DNA of 64,000 nucleotides from an uncultured Chloroflexia bacterium. Its GTDB lineage: Bacteria; Chloroflexota; Dehalococcoidia; UBA2979. A program made the position numbers and the translations under genes. Below, piece after piece: positions 28,726-38,783 of the stretch. The notes under the pieces are model-generated. The model was given only the letters and a program-made list of their open reading frames with translations. It was not told where the DNA came from and made no database searches. Where the stretch lies: contig CAVSIV010000001.1 of the NCBI GenBank assembly GCA_963728205.1, positions 352,001 to 416,000 of the forward strand, read 5' to 3'. Each line of letters begins with the position of its first letter. Within the stretch, counting starts at the first letter, position 1.

Positions 28726-30129
28726 GTGGACGCGCTCGCGCTGTCGCGGTGGCAATTCGGGATCACCACCGTCTACCACTTCCTCTTCGTCCCCATCACG
28801 ATCGGCCTCGGCTTCATCGTCGCCGGCTTCCAGACCGCCTGGGTGCGCACCGACGACCAGCGCTACCTCAAGCTCACCCGCTTCTACGGCGAGCTCTTCC
28901 TCATCAACTTCGCGCTCGGCGTGGTCACCGGCATCGTCCAGGAGTTCCAGTTCGGCATGAACTGGAGCGCCTACAGCCGCTTCGTCGGCGACATCTTCGG
29001 CGCGCCGCTGGCCATGGAGGGCCTGCTCGCGTTCTTCCTGGAGTCGACGTTCCTCGGGCTCTGGATCTTCGGGTGGGGGCGGCTGCCGAAGCGCATCCAC
29101 CTCGCGACGATCTGGGTCGCCGCCGTCGGCACGCTGCTGTCGGCGCTGTTCATCCTCGCGGCGAACTCGTGGATGCAGCACCCGGTCGGGTACGCCGTGA
29201 ACGCGACCGCCGGGCGCGCCGAGCTCAAGGACTTCGTCGCGGTCCTCACCAATTCGACCGTGCTCTTCATGTTCCCCCACACGATCTCGGCGGCGTTCCT
29301 CACGACCGGCGCGTTCGTTGCCGGCATCGCGCTGTGGCGGCTCGCGTTCCGCCCCGGCGCCGACGAGCAGGCCTTCCGCACGGCGGCGAAGGTCGGCGCG
29401 GTCACGGTGCTGGTCTCCGGCATCTTCGTCGCCATCACCGGCGACGCGCAGGCGCGCATCACGACGCAGCAACAGCCGATGAAGATGGCCGCGGCCGAGG
29501 CGCTCTACGAGACGAAGCAGCCCGCGTCGTTCTCGCTGTTCACGATCGGGCCGCTCGACGGCCACGACGAGGTCTTCTCGATCCGCGTGCCGCACCTGCT
29601 GTCGTTCCTCGCGACCGCGAACCCGAACGGCAAGGTCGAGGGCGTGAACGACCTGCAGGCGCAGTACGTCGCCGAGTACGGGCCGGGCAGCTACACGCCG
29701 TACATCCCGCTGACGTACTGGACCTTCCGCTGGATGATCGGCGTCGGCGTGCTCGCCGCGGGCGCGGCGGCGTGGCTCCTGTGGATGCTGCGACGCCCGC
29801 GCTTCCCCGTCGGTCCCGAGGCCGCGGCGGTCGGCATCGTGCTGCCGTTCCTGCCGCTGCTCGCGAACTCCTTCGGCTGGATCTTCACCGAGATGGGCCG
29901 CCAGCCGTGGCTCGTGTTCGGGCTGATGCGGACGTCGGCGGGCGTCTCGCCGAATGCGAACGCCGCGGTGGTGTTCACGTCGATGGTCGGCTTCACCGTC
30001 CTCTACGGCGTGCTGGCGGTCGTCGAGGTGGGGCTGCTCGTGCGGCGCATCCGCGCCGGCATCGCGGAGGAGCCCCCGCCGTCGACCGGCCCGGCGGCGC
30101 CCGACCGGCCGCTCCCGTTCGCCTACTAG
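28726..30129 (+). CDS. cydA: Cytochrome bd ubiquinol oxidase subunit I
   Basis: YHFLFVP, EFQFGMNW, NSWMQHP, QPMKMAAAE and TEMGRQPW motifs. Confidence 0.98.
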   Translation: MDALALSRWQFGITTVYHFLFVPITIGLGFIVAGFQTAWVRTDDQRYLKLTRFYGELFLINFALGVVTGIVQEFQFGMNWSAYSRFVGDIFGAPLAMEGLLAFFLESTFLGLWIFGWGRLPKRIHLATIWVAAVGTLLSALFILAANSWMQHPVGYAVNATAGRAELKDFVAVLTNSTVLFMFPHTISAAFLTTGAFVAGIALWRLAFRPGADEQAFRTAAKVGAVTVLVSGIFVAITGDAQARITTQQQPMKMAAAEALYETKQPASFSLFTIGPLDGHDEVFSIRVPHLLSFLATANPNGKVEGVNDLQAQYVAEYGPGSYTPYIPLTYWTFRWMIGVGVLAAGAAAWLLWMLRRPRFPVGPEAAAVGIVLPFLPLLANSFGWIFTEMGRQPWLVFGLMRTSAGVSPNANAAVVFTSMVGFTVLYGVLAVVEVGLLVRRIRAGIAEEPPPSTGPAAPDRPLPFAY

Positions 30130-30156
30130 CGCGCTGAGCGGGGAGGAGACGCCACC

Positions 30157-31278
30157 GTGGAACTGACGACCGCCTGGTTCTGGCTGATCGCGATCCTCTG
30201 GATCGGCTACTTCGTGCTCGAGGGCTTCGACTTCGGCGTCGGCATCCTGCTGCCCGTGATCGCGCGCGGCGACCGCGAGCGGCGTGCGCTGATCAACACG
30301 ATCGGCCCGGTGTGGGACGGCAACGAGGTGTGGGTGCTCGTCGCCGGCGGCGCGACCTTCGCGGCGTTCCCCGAGTGGTATGCGACGCTCTTCAGCGGCT
30401 TCTACCTGCCGCTGTTCCTGATCCTCGTGGCGCTGATCGTGCGCGGCGTGGCGTTCGAGTTCCGCGGCAAGCGGCCCGACCCGGCATGGCGCGCGCGCTG
30501 GGATCTCGCGATCTTCCTCGGGTCGCTGGTGCCGGCCGTGTTGTGGGGCGTCGCCTTCGCAAACATCGTGCGCGGCGTCCCGATCGACGCGTCGCACGAG
30601 TACACCGGCGGCTTCTTCAACCTCCTCAACCCGTACGCGCTCCTCGGAGGCGCCGTCACGCTGATGCTCTTCGTCACCCACGGCGCGGTGTTCCTCGCGC
30701 TGAAGACGACGGGCGACCTGCGCACGCGCGCGAACGGGATCGCGCTGCGGGCGGGCGTGCTGGCGGCGGTCGTGGCGGTGGCGTTCCTCGCGTGGACGCA
30801 GGTGCTGCGCGGCAACGACGCGTCCCTCCTGCTCTCGATCGCGGCGGCGGCGCTGCTGGTGGCCGCGCTCGGCGCGAACCGGCTGGGGCGCGAGGGCTGG
30901 GCGTTCACCGCGAGCGCCACGACGATCGGGCTGGCGGTCGTCGCGCTCTTCGCGGCGCTGTTCCCCGAGGTCATGCCGTCGTCGACGAGCGCGGCGTTCA
31001 GCCTGACGACGACGAACGCATCGTCGACGCCGTACACGCTCAAGATCATGACCGTGGTGGCGGTCGTCTTCACGCCGCTCGTGCTGCTGTACCAGGGCTG
31101 GACGTACTGGGTCTTCCGCCGTCGCATCGGCGCGGAGTCGATTCCCGACGACGCGGCCGTGCCGGCGCACGACGTACAGCCGGGGCCGGGGGCGCCCGGC
31201 GCGGGCGGCCCCGGCTACGCGCGCGGCACGCGACGCCGGCGCGGCGAGGGCGCCGCGGAGGCGCACGGCGGGGACTGA
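30157..31278 (+). CDS. cydB: Cytochrome bd ubiquinol oxidase subunit II
   Basis: LEGFDFGVG, GPVWDGNEVW, AAFP and RGVAFEFR motifs. Confidence 0.97.
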   Translation: MELTTAWFWLIAILWIGYFVLEGFDFGVGILLPVIARGDRERRALINTIGPVWDGNEVWVLVAGGATFAAFPEWYATLFSGFYLPLFLILVALIVRGVAFEFRGKRPDPAWRARWDLAIFLGSLVPAVLWGVAFANIVRGVPIDASHEYTGGFFNLLNPYALLGGAVTLMLFVTHGAVFLALKTTGDLRTRANGIALRAGVLAAVVAVAFLAWTQVLRGNDASLLLSIAAAALLVAALGANRLGREGWAFTASATTIGLAVVALFAALFPEVMPSSTSAAFSLTTTNASSTPYTLKIMTVVAVVFTPLVLLYQGWTYWVFRRRIGAESIPDDAAVPAHDVQPGPGAPGAGGPGYARGTRRRRGEGAAEAHGGD

Positions 31279-32978
31279 TGCGACCGTTCGACCCGCGTCT
31301 CCTGCGCGCCGCGCGCGGCACCGCGGTGGTGCTCGTCGTCGCCGTCGCACTGGGCGCGGTGACCGCCGGGCTCGCGATCGCGCAGGCGGCGCTGCTCGCG
31401 CACGCGATCGCCTCCGCGTTCCAGGGTGGCGCGGGCGTGGGTGCGCTGCGCGGCACGCTCGTCGCGCTGGCCGCGGTGCTCGCGGCGCGCGCCGCCGTCG
31501 GGTGGGGGCGCGAGGCGGCCGCCTACCGCGCGTCGGCGTCGGTGAAGTCGACGCTGCGGCGGCGCCTGCTCGAGCGCACCGCGACGCTGGGGCCGCGCTG
31601 GTCGTCCGAGGCGCGCAGCGGTGAGGTGGTCGCGCTGGCGACGCGCGGCCTCGACGCGCTCGACGGCTACTTCGCGCGCGTCCTGCCGCAGCTGGCGCTC
31701 GCGGCGATCGTGCCGGTCGCCGTCGTCGTGGCGCTCGCCACCGCGGATCTGCTCGCCGCCGCGACCGTCGCGCTCACCGTCCCGCTCATCCCGCTGTTCA
31801 TGGCGCTCGTCGGGCGGGCCAGCGCCGACCGCAACCGCGCGCGCTGGGACGCGCTGGCGCGGCTCGCGCACTACTTCGTCGACGTCGTGACCGGCTTGCC
31901 GACGCTCAAGGTGTTCGGGCGCTCGCGCGCGCAGGTCGACGCGCTGCGGCGCGTCACCGACGACTACCGCCGCGAGACCCTCGCGACGCTGCGCGTGGCC
32001 TTCCTCTCGGCCTTCGTGCTCGAGCTGCTCGCGACGTTCGCGGTCGCGCTGGTCGCGGTCGGCGTCGGGCTGCGGCTCGTCAACGGCGGGCTCGACCTGC
32101 GCACGGGGCTGTTCGTGCTCGTGCTCGCGCCCGAGGCGTACCTGCCGCTGCGCCGCCTCGGCGCGCAGTACCACGACAGCGAGGAGGGCCTCACCGCGGC
32201 GGCGGCGGTCTTCGACGTGATCGACGCGCCGGAGCCGCCGGCCCGCGCCGGCGGCGGGTTGCCCGACCTGCGCACCGGCGAGCTGCGCGTCGACGGCGTG
32301 ACGGTGCGGCACCCGGGCCGCGAGCTCGAGGCGCCCAGCCGGGTGTCGTTCACCGTGCAGCCCGGCGAGGTGGTGGCGCTGAGCGGGCCGAGCGGCGCGG
32401 GGAAGAGCACCCTGCTGCAGGTGATCCTCGGGCTCGTGCCCGCCGACGAGGGCTGGGTCTCGGTGCGCGACGGGCGCGGCGCGGTGGCCGACGTGGCGCG
32501 GGTCGACGGCGAGGCGTGGCGGCGGCGGGTGGCGTGGGTGCCGCAGCAGCCGTTCCTCTTTGCGGGGACGGTCGCCGAGAACGTGCGGCTGGCGATGCCG
32601 ATGGCATCCGACGGCGCGGTGCGCGCCGCGATGGACGCGGTGGGGCTCGGCGATGTGACGCCGGCGACGGTGCTGGGCGAGCGCGGCGAGGGGCTGTCGA
32701 GCGGTCAGCGCCGGCGGCTCGGCGTGGCGCGCGCGCTGCTGCGGCCGGCCGCGCTGCTGTTGCTCGACGAGCCGACGGCGGGACTCGACCCCGAGGCAGA
32801 GGCGGCCGTGCTCGAGGCGGTGTCGGAGGCGGCGCGCGGGCGCGGGCTGGCGGTGGTGCTGGTCGCGCACCGGCCGGCCGCGCTGGCGATCGCGGACCGC
32901 GTCGTGGAGGTGGAGGCGCGGGAGGTGATGGAGGCGCCGTCGATGACGGCGCTGCGGTTGCGGGAGGCGGGGGCGTGA
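31278..32978 (+). CDS. cydD: Thiol reductant/heme ABC exporter subunit CydD
   Basis: MRPFDPRLL start overlapping the cydB stop; GLPTLKVFGR, LAPEAYLPLR, GPSGAGKS, LSSGQ, LDEPT. Confidence 0.92.
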   Translation: MRPFDPRLLRAARGTAVVLVVAVALGAVTAGLAIAQAALLAHAIASAFQGGAGVGALRGTLVALAAVLAARAAVGWGREAAAYRASASVKSTLRRRLLERTATLGPRWSSEARSGEVVALATRGLDALDGYFARVLPQLALAAIVPVAVVVALATADLLAAATVALTVPLIPLFMALVGRASADRNRARWDALARLAHYFVDVVTGLPTLKVFGRSRAQVDALRRVTDDYRRETLATLRVAFLSAFVLELLATFAVALVAVGVGLRLVNGGLDLRTGLFVLVLAPEAYLPLRRLGAQYHDSEEGLTAAAAVFDVIDAPEPPARAGGGLPDLRTGELRVDGVTVRHPGRELEAPSRVSFTVQPGEVVALSGPSGAGKSTLLQVILGLVPADEGWVSVRDGRGAVADVARVDGEAWRRRVAWVPQQPFLFAGTVAENVRLAMPMASDGAVRAAMDAVGLGDVTPATVLGERGEGLSSGQRRRLGVARALLRPAALLLLDEPTAGLDPEAEAAVLEAVSEAARGRGLAVVLVAHRPAALAIADRVVEVEAREVMEAPSMTALRLREAGA

Positions 32979-32995
32979 ACCCGGCGCGCGGCAGA

Positions 32996-33020
32996 GCCCA
33001 TCCTGAGCCGGTCGAAGGGC
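32996..33020. repeat. Second REP-like motif (CCTGAGCCxGTCGAAGG type)
   Basis: TCCTGAGCCGGTCGAAGGG resembles a widespread extragenic palindrome from memory; single copy here. Confidence 0.4.
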
Positions 33021-33042
33021 TTCAGGCCTCGTCGCACAGTCG

Positions 33043-33130
33043 AAGCGGCGGCAGATATGCCGCCGACAGGACGCGGACGCAGTCCGCGGCTGGTGCCGCG
33101 CTTCTGTCGGCGGCATATCTGCCGCCGCTT
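33043..33130. repeat. REPIN-like inverted doublet between cydD and cydC
   Basis: AAGCGGCGGCAGATATGCCGCCGACAG and its perfect reverse complement at 33104-33130. Confidence 0.9.
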
Positions 33131-33198
33131 TGGGTGACGTTCATGCGCGCACGGCGCGCCTCGGGGCATGCTCACTGCCGTGGAAGCGGCTGCCTCTC

Positions 33199-34953
33199 GT
33201 GACCCGCGCCACTGCACACGGCGGGCCTGAAGCCCGCCGCGCGCCGGGGGCCGGAGCCTGCCGCGCGCCGGCGCTGCTGCGTGTCGCGCGGTTCGGGCGG
33301 CCGGCGGCGCGGCGGCTGGCGCTGGCGCTCGCCGCCGGGGTGGGCGCCTCCGCGGCGGCGGTCGGGCTGAGCGCGACCTCCGCGTGGCTGATCGCGCGCG
33401 CGGCGCAGCAGCCGCCGGTGCTCTCGCTGATGGTCGCGGTTGCGGCGGTGCAGGCGTTCGGGCTGGGGCGCGCGGTGCTGCGGTACGGCGAGCGGCTGGC
33501 GTCGCACGACGCGGCGTTCCGCGTGCTCGCGGAGCTGCGCGGGCGTGCCTACGCGCGGCTCGAGCGGCTGGCGCCGGCGGGGCTGGCGGCGTTCCGCTCG
33601 GGCGACCTGCTCACGCGCCTGGTGACCGACGTCGACGGCCTCGCCGACGTCTGGCTGCGCGTGCTGCTGCCCTACGGCGCGGCGGCGGTCGTGGGCGCGG
33701 GCGCGGTGGCGGTGGTCGGCGCGCTGGCGCCGGCGGCGGGCGTGGCGCTCGCGGTCACGCTCGTGGTGGCGTCGGTCGGCGTGCCGCTCGTTGCGGGGCG
33801 GCTGACGCGCGCCGCGGAGGCGCACGCGGCGCCGGCGCGCGGACGGCTGGCGGCGGCGGCGCTGGAGTTGCTCGACGGCGCGCCCGAGCTGCTGGCGGTG
33901 GGCGCGACGCCCGCGTACCTGGCGCGGATCGCGGCGCTCGACGGCGACCTCGCGGCGGCCGAGGCGAGCGCGGCGGCGGGCGACGGGCTGGGGACGCTCC
34001 TCACCACGCTCGCGGCGGGCGCGGCGACGTGGTGCGCGCTGTTCGCCGGCGTCGCCGCGGTACACGGCGGGCGGCTCGACGGCGTGTGGCTGGCGGTCGT
34101 CGTGCTGACCACGATCGCCGCGCACGAGGTCGTCGCGGAGCTGGCGCCGGCGGCGCAGCACCTGCCGGGGCTGGCCGCGTCGGCGGCGCGGGTGCTCGAC
34201 GTGCTCGCGCAGCCCGACCCGGTCGCGGAGCCGGCGACGCCGGCCGCGCTGCCGGCGGGGCCGCACGGGCTGCGCATCCGCGGCCTGCGCGCGCGCTACG
34301 CGGACGGCGCGTCCGACGTGCTGCGCGGCCTCGACCTCGACGTCGCGCCCGGCGATCGCGTGCTCGTCACCGGCCCGAGCGGCTCCGGCAAGAGCACGCT
34401 GGCCGCGGTGTTGCTGCGCTTCCTCGACGCCGCCGGCGGCAGCGTGGAGCTGGTCGGCGCCGACGGCGCCGTCCCGCTGGCCGCGCTGGCGAGCGACGAC
34501 GTCCGCCGCGTGATCGGCCTCTGCGAGCAGGACCCGCACCTCTTCGACTCGACGCTCCTCGAGAACGTGCGCCTCGCGCGGCCGGACGCCAGCGACGACG
34601 ACGTGCGCGCCGCGCTCGGCCGCGCGCAGCTGCTCGAGTGGGTGGAGTCGCTCCCGGACGGCCTCGACACGCCGGTCGGCGAGCACGGCGCGCGCCTCTC
34701 CGGCGGCCAGCGCCAGCGCATCGCGGTCGCGCGCGCGCTGCTCGCCGACGTGCCGGTGCTGGTGGTCGACGAGCCGACGGAGCACGTCGACGAGCGCATG
34801 GCCGAGGACCTGGTGCGCGACCTGCTCGCCGCGACCGCCGGCCGGACGTTGATCGTGATGACGCACCGCCCGGAGCTGATGGGCGCGACGGGCTGGGCCG
34901 CGCGCGTGGATCTCGGGGACGCGCTCCCCCGAGGAGCGACGGCCGCCGCCTAA
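33199..34953 (+). CDS. cydC: Thiol reductant/heme ABC exporter subunit CydC
   Basis: TSAWLIARAA, RYGERLASHD, SGDLLTR, GPSGSGKS, LSGGQRQR, DEPTEH; start uncertain. Confidence 0.92.
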   Translation: MTRATAHGGPEARRAPGAGACRAPALLRVARFGRPAARRLALALAAGVGASAAAVGLSATSAWLIARAAQQPPVLSLMVAVAAVQAFGLGRAVLRYGERLASHDAAFRVLAELRGRAYARLERLAPAGLAAFRSGDLLTRLVTDVDGLADVWLRVLLPYGAAAVVGAGAVAVVGALAPAAGVALAVTLVVASVGVPLVAGRLTRAAEAHAAPARGRLAAAALELLDGAPELLAVGATPAYLARIAALDGDLAAAEASAAAGDGLGTLLTTLAAGAATWCALFAGVAAVHGGRLDGVWLAVVVLTTIAAHEVVAELAPAAQHLPGLAASAARVLDVLAQPDPVAEPATPAALPAGPHGLRIRGLRARYADGASDVLRGLDLDVAPGDRVLVTGPSGSGKSTLAAVLLRFLDAAGGSVELVGADGAVPLAALASDDVRRVIGLCEQDPHLFDSTLLENVRLARPDASDDDVRAALGRAQLLEWVESLPDGLDTPVGEHGARLSGGQRQRIAVARALLADVPVLVVDEPTEHVDERMAEDLVRDLLAATAGRTLIVMTHRPELMGATGWAARVDLGDALPRGATAAA

Positions 34954-34978
34954 GCGGCGGCAGACATGCCCCCGACAG
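34952..34978. repeat. REP-like palindrome overlapping the cydC stop codon
   Basis: AAGCGGCGGCAGACATGCCCCCGACAG (one mismatch to consensus). Confidence 0.8.
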
Positions 34979-35008
34979 GCCGGCGAGGCGAGCCGCCGCG
35001 CTCGCCGC

Positions 35009-36048
35009 CTACGGCGGCGAAGTCCCCCAGGAGATGATCCGCGGCGGCGCGTCTCCGCCGGCTAGCGCGAACGTCACGAACGCCGCGTGCGGACCGTCGA
35101 TCCACGAGCCAGGCTGCCCACTCGCGAAATGAAGGTCGATCGTCGTAGCGAGCGTGATCGCGTCCGGCGAGGCGCCGGGACTGACGTGCCACTGCGTGAT
35201 CGACCACGACGTCGGTCCCGAGCCCCCGTCGAGCCCGGGCATCGGAAGCGCCCAGAAGTCCGAGCGCGACCGGCCGCGTTGCCACGCGTCGAGATACGCG
35301 CGGAGCCGATCGAGCGCCGCCTGGACGAGCGAGTCAGGCGGGGCGAACTCGGGCGGGGTCCCGGGCGGCAGCGAGATCCCTTCGGCCGCCGCGTGTCCGC
35401 ACTCCATGTGGAACGGGGCGACGACGGCGTCAACGTGCAGCTTCGGCTGGCCGTCGCGGTTCACCCACGACATCAGGCGGTCGATATAGCCGCTGGACTT
35501 CACCGGGCTCGCGTGCGGCCCAGACCGCCAGACCCACGAGTACCCCGCGTGCAGCACCAGCGTCGTCGTGTCGCCGGAGACGGTCTGCGAGGCGACCTCG
35601 TCCGTCGTGGTGACGGAGTCGATGCGCCGCCGAGCGCCGCCGTGCACGCGTGGTAGCGCTTCGCCGCGTCGACCTGCCAGTCGAGCAGGGTCCGCACCGC
35701 GGGGTCGCCGCTCGCGAGGTCGTAAAACGGCGCGAGCAGCGCGGCCGGATCGCTCCCCGGCAGCATCGCGGCGTCATAGGCGCGGAAGAAGCGGTCGAGG
35801 TACGGCAGCGGCGGGGGCGTCGCCGTCGGGGTCGGCGTCGAGGTGGTGGGTACCACCAGGGGCGGAGGGGTGTAGCTCTCGGTCGTCCGAGCGCGGCTCG
35901 CGGTCGCACTCGCCTGCTCGGCAACGCCGACAGTCTGAGTCACGGTGGCGGCTGTGGGACTGCGCGAGGAGCAAGCGGCGAGCGTGACGAGTGCGACCAC
36001 GCCGCCGGCGAGCGAGGCGATCAGTAGCGGCACGAGTCCACGCCTCAT
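35009..36048 (-). pseudogene. Hypothetical lipoprotein, frameshift near 35630
   Basis: LAAC lipobox and Thr/Pro linker in ORF 35500..36048; globular C-terminal part in ORF 35009..35647; start overlaps the upstream stop. Confidence 0.55.
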
Positions 36049-37539
36049 GTGCCGGCCCCCGCCGGCGTGCCGGCGCCGCCCGGGCGGTCGATGAACCCGA
36101 GAACGACCGGGTGGATCCCGACGCCGACCGTCGTGTCACCGACGGAGATCTCGATCGTCGCCGTCGGGGCCGTGCAGGCGGGGGCAGCGAAGCCGATGGC
36201 GATCCCCTCCGGCACGAGCGCCTCGCCGTCGAGGTAGAACGCGCTGTGCTCCTCGTCGGCGCACACGAACGTGACGGCCCGGTCTCCGTACCACGAGCGG
36301 TGGACGGCGATGCGGCTCGCGACGGGTGTCGGTGGTCCGCCGCTCGTGGGCAGCAGGAGCCACTGCAGCGGATCGGACTCGACCGCCCGCGCGAACTGCA
36401 TGTCCGGGCACGTCCCCGGAGCGGCGAGCAGGCGCCGCTCGGCCGCCTCGGTCGGCGGCGAGAGCAGGCGCTCGGCGACGAGGACGGTGTCTTCACCAGG
36501 TGAGACTTCTGTGAACTCGAACGTGGGGAGGTCGCGCTGGATCGCGTTCAGGGCGGCGCCGCTCGCCGGATCCACGAGTACGACGCGGCGGGCAGGGTCG
36601 TAGGGTCCGAGCGCGCATCCTCCGCCGAAGCCACCGGACCGCTCGACCTGCAGGGTGGCCCCAGGGTCCACAAGGTGGGTGCCGTCGAGGACCCTGACGC
36701 TGCCGTCGACGGCCACCACCGCGCTGCCGCCGCCGCCCTCCGAGTACGTGAGGCCCTCGACGAGCAGCTCGTTCTCGGACAGCCAGCGCACTGGCGACGC
36801 GTCGCCGCGGAATCCCGGGAAGGTTGCCGCGGTCTGCGACACGCTGCGGATCTCCCGCCCATCGGACGCGGCGACGATCTCGATCGCATGTGCCCGGGTT
36901 TGCCCGCACTGGGTGAGGTCGCAGCGTTCGAACGCGATGCGGTCGCCGCTCGGCGAGAGCGCGAACGCGCCGAGCCAGGTGCCGGGCCGGCCCCAGAGCT
37001 CGCGCGCGCCGGAGCCATCGAGGTTATAGCTCCAGAGCGCCTGGCCGAAGTTGACGTAGATGCGCGAACCGCTGAGCCGAACGCGGATGGGGACCCCGCT
37101 TCCGATCACGAACGAACCGACGTCCTGCCCGGTGCCGACGTCGAAGGCGGCGACCCTCAGCCGCGTCTCGGCCTGCGTTGGGTAGCCAGGCTCCAGCGCT
37201 TCGAACACGACGATCGGGCCGGTCGCGCCACGCGGCCAGCCGTCGACGAGAATCCGCGCTCGGCGCGGAGGCCGTGGGCGCGATTGTCGGAAAGCCGGTG
37301 TCGGGCGGGAGCGTCGGCGTGGCCGGGGCCGGGGCCGCCGGGATGGCGAGCGGCGTGGAGGTGGCGCTCGCGGTGGTGGCGGTGGTGGTGGCGGCGGGCG
37401 ACGTCGGGGCAGTCGTCGACGGGGTGGCGGGTGTGCCGCGCGCGCAGCCGCCGGCGAGCAGTGTGAGGGCGCACGCGACCAGGGCCTCGACGGCCGTCGA
37501 CGTCGAGCCGGTCGGTCTCCACATGGTGAACGTCCTCAT
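36045..37539 (-). pseudogene. Hypothetical lipoprotein with TolB/WD40-like repeats, frameshift near 37254
   Basis: LAGGC lipobox and Thr/Pro linker in frame 37024..37596; ILVDGWP..LSPSGDRIAF continues in frame 36045..37208. Confidence 0.55.
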
Positions 37540-37656
37540 GCCCGCCCGGCCGTCGCGACGTGATCGCAGACTGACGGAGGCAGCGGCGGGAGGCAACGCC
37601 GTCGCGGCTTGAACCGTCGTGCGGAGCGCGGAGCGGCCGCTGGCGCGGCCGGCACA

Positions 37657-37680
37657 TCGGCGGCGTGTCTGCCGCCGCTT
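37657..37680. repeat. REP-like palindrome, single inverted copy
   Basis: TCGGCGGCGTGTCTGCCGCCGCTT. Confidence 0.75.
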
Positions 37681-37704
37681 GCGACGATCGAGTCGGTCGG
37701 GGGC

Positions 37705-38547
37705 TCAGATCTCGCTGTAACCGGAGCCCTTGATGTCGACGCCGTAGCCGCTGGCCTCGTCGATCCAGCCGAACTCCTTGAGGATCGCCTGCGAGTAGGT
37801 GACGCGGCCCGTCACCCGGTCCAGCGGCTCGGTGGCCAGCAACAGGATCGAGTTCGCCATCGTGCGCACCGGCTCCCCGCGCGGGTCGTCGAGCGACGTG
37901 TGCAGCTTGTGGTAGACGGTGCCCTCGGTCGGCACGCCGACCGACGGCGACACGCACGTCACCGAGATCCCGTGCTCGTAGACCTCCTCGGCCAGGCCCT
38001 GCGTGAAGCGCTCGAGCGCTGCCTTGCTCGCGCCGTACATCGCGCCGCCGCGGCCCTTCGTCTGGTACGGGCCGCGGCCCGGGCCCACGGCGCCCATCGA
38101 CGAGATGTTCACGATGGCGCCGCCGTGGCGCGCGATCATGTCGGGCAGCACCGCCTGCGACAGCATGAACGGCCCGTGCACGTTGACCGCGAAGCCGCGC
38201 ATCCAGCGGCTCGCGGGATAGTCGACGACGGGGATGTAGTAGTTGAGCGCGGCGTTGTTGATGAGGACGTCGGCGGGGCCGAACGTGGACTGTGCCTCGT
38301 CGACGAGGCGGTGGCAGTCGGCCTCCTGCGACACGTCGCAGGCGACGGCATGCGCCTCGCCGCCGGCGTCGCGGATGGCCTGCACGGTGCTCGCGAGCGA
38401 GCCCGCCAGCTGGTGATCGCCCTCGTTCAGCGTGCGCGCGGCGCAGACGACGTGGGCGCCCTCCTCCGCGAACAGCACGGCGACCTCGCGGCCGATGCCC
38501 CGGCTGGCGCCCGTCACGATCGCGACCTTGCCGTCGAGCTTGCCCAT
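37705..38547 (-). CDS. SDR family oxidoreductase
   Basis: TGASRGIG, LINNAA, NISS and YGASK motifs; GAGGAGG RBS. Confidence 0.95.
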   Translation of the reverse strand: MGKLDGKVAIVTGASRGIGREVAVLFAEEGAHVVCAARTLNEGDHQLAGSLASTVQAIRDAGGEAHAVACDVSQEADCHRLVDEAQSTFGPADVLINNAALNYYIPVVDYPASRWMRGFAVNVHGPFMLSQAVLPDMIARHGGAIVNISSMGAVGPGRGPYQTKGRGGAMYGASKAALERFTQGLAEEVYEHGISVTCVSPSVGVPTEGTVYHKLHTSLDDPRGEPVRTMANSILLLATEPLDRVTGRVTYSQAILKEFGWIDEASGYGVDIKGSGYSEI

Positions 38548-38670
38548 GGTGCGCACCTCCTCGGGCGGCATCTTAGGCGCGCGGCACGCTTCCGGCGTGC
38601 CGTGGATCGCGCGCGGCGTCTTCCGGCGCGCGGCGTGGCGCCGCCGCAGCAAGCGGACGGCACAGCGCAG

Positions 38671-38758
38671 AACCAAAGCGGCGGCAGACATGCCGCCGAC
38701 GCCGACGCGGCCCATCGGGCCGCGATTTGTCGGCGGCATGTCTGCCGCCGCTTTGGTT
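38671..38758. repeat. REPIN-like inverted doublet (30-bp perfect arms)
   Basis: AACCAAAGCGGCGGCAGACATGCCGCCGAC ... GTCGGCGGCATGTCTGCCGCCGCTTTGGTT. Confidence 0.92.
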
Positions 38759-38783
38759 GGAGGCGGCCATGCGCTGCCGTGCG

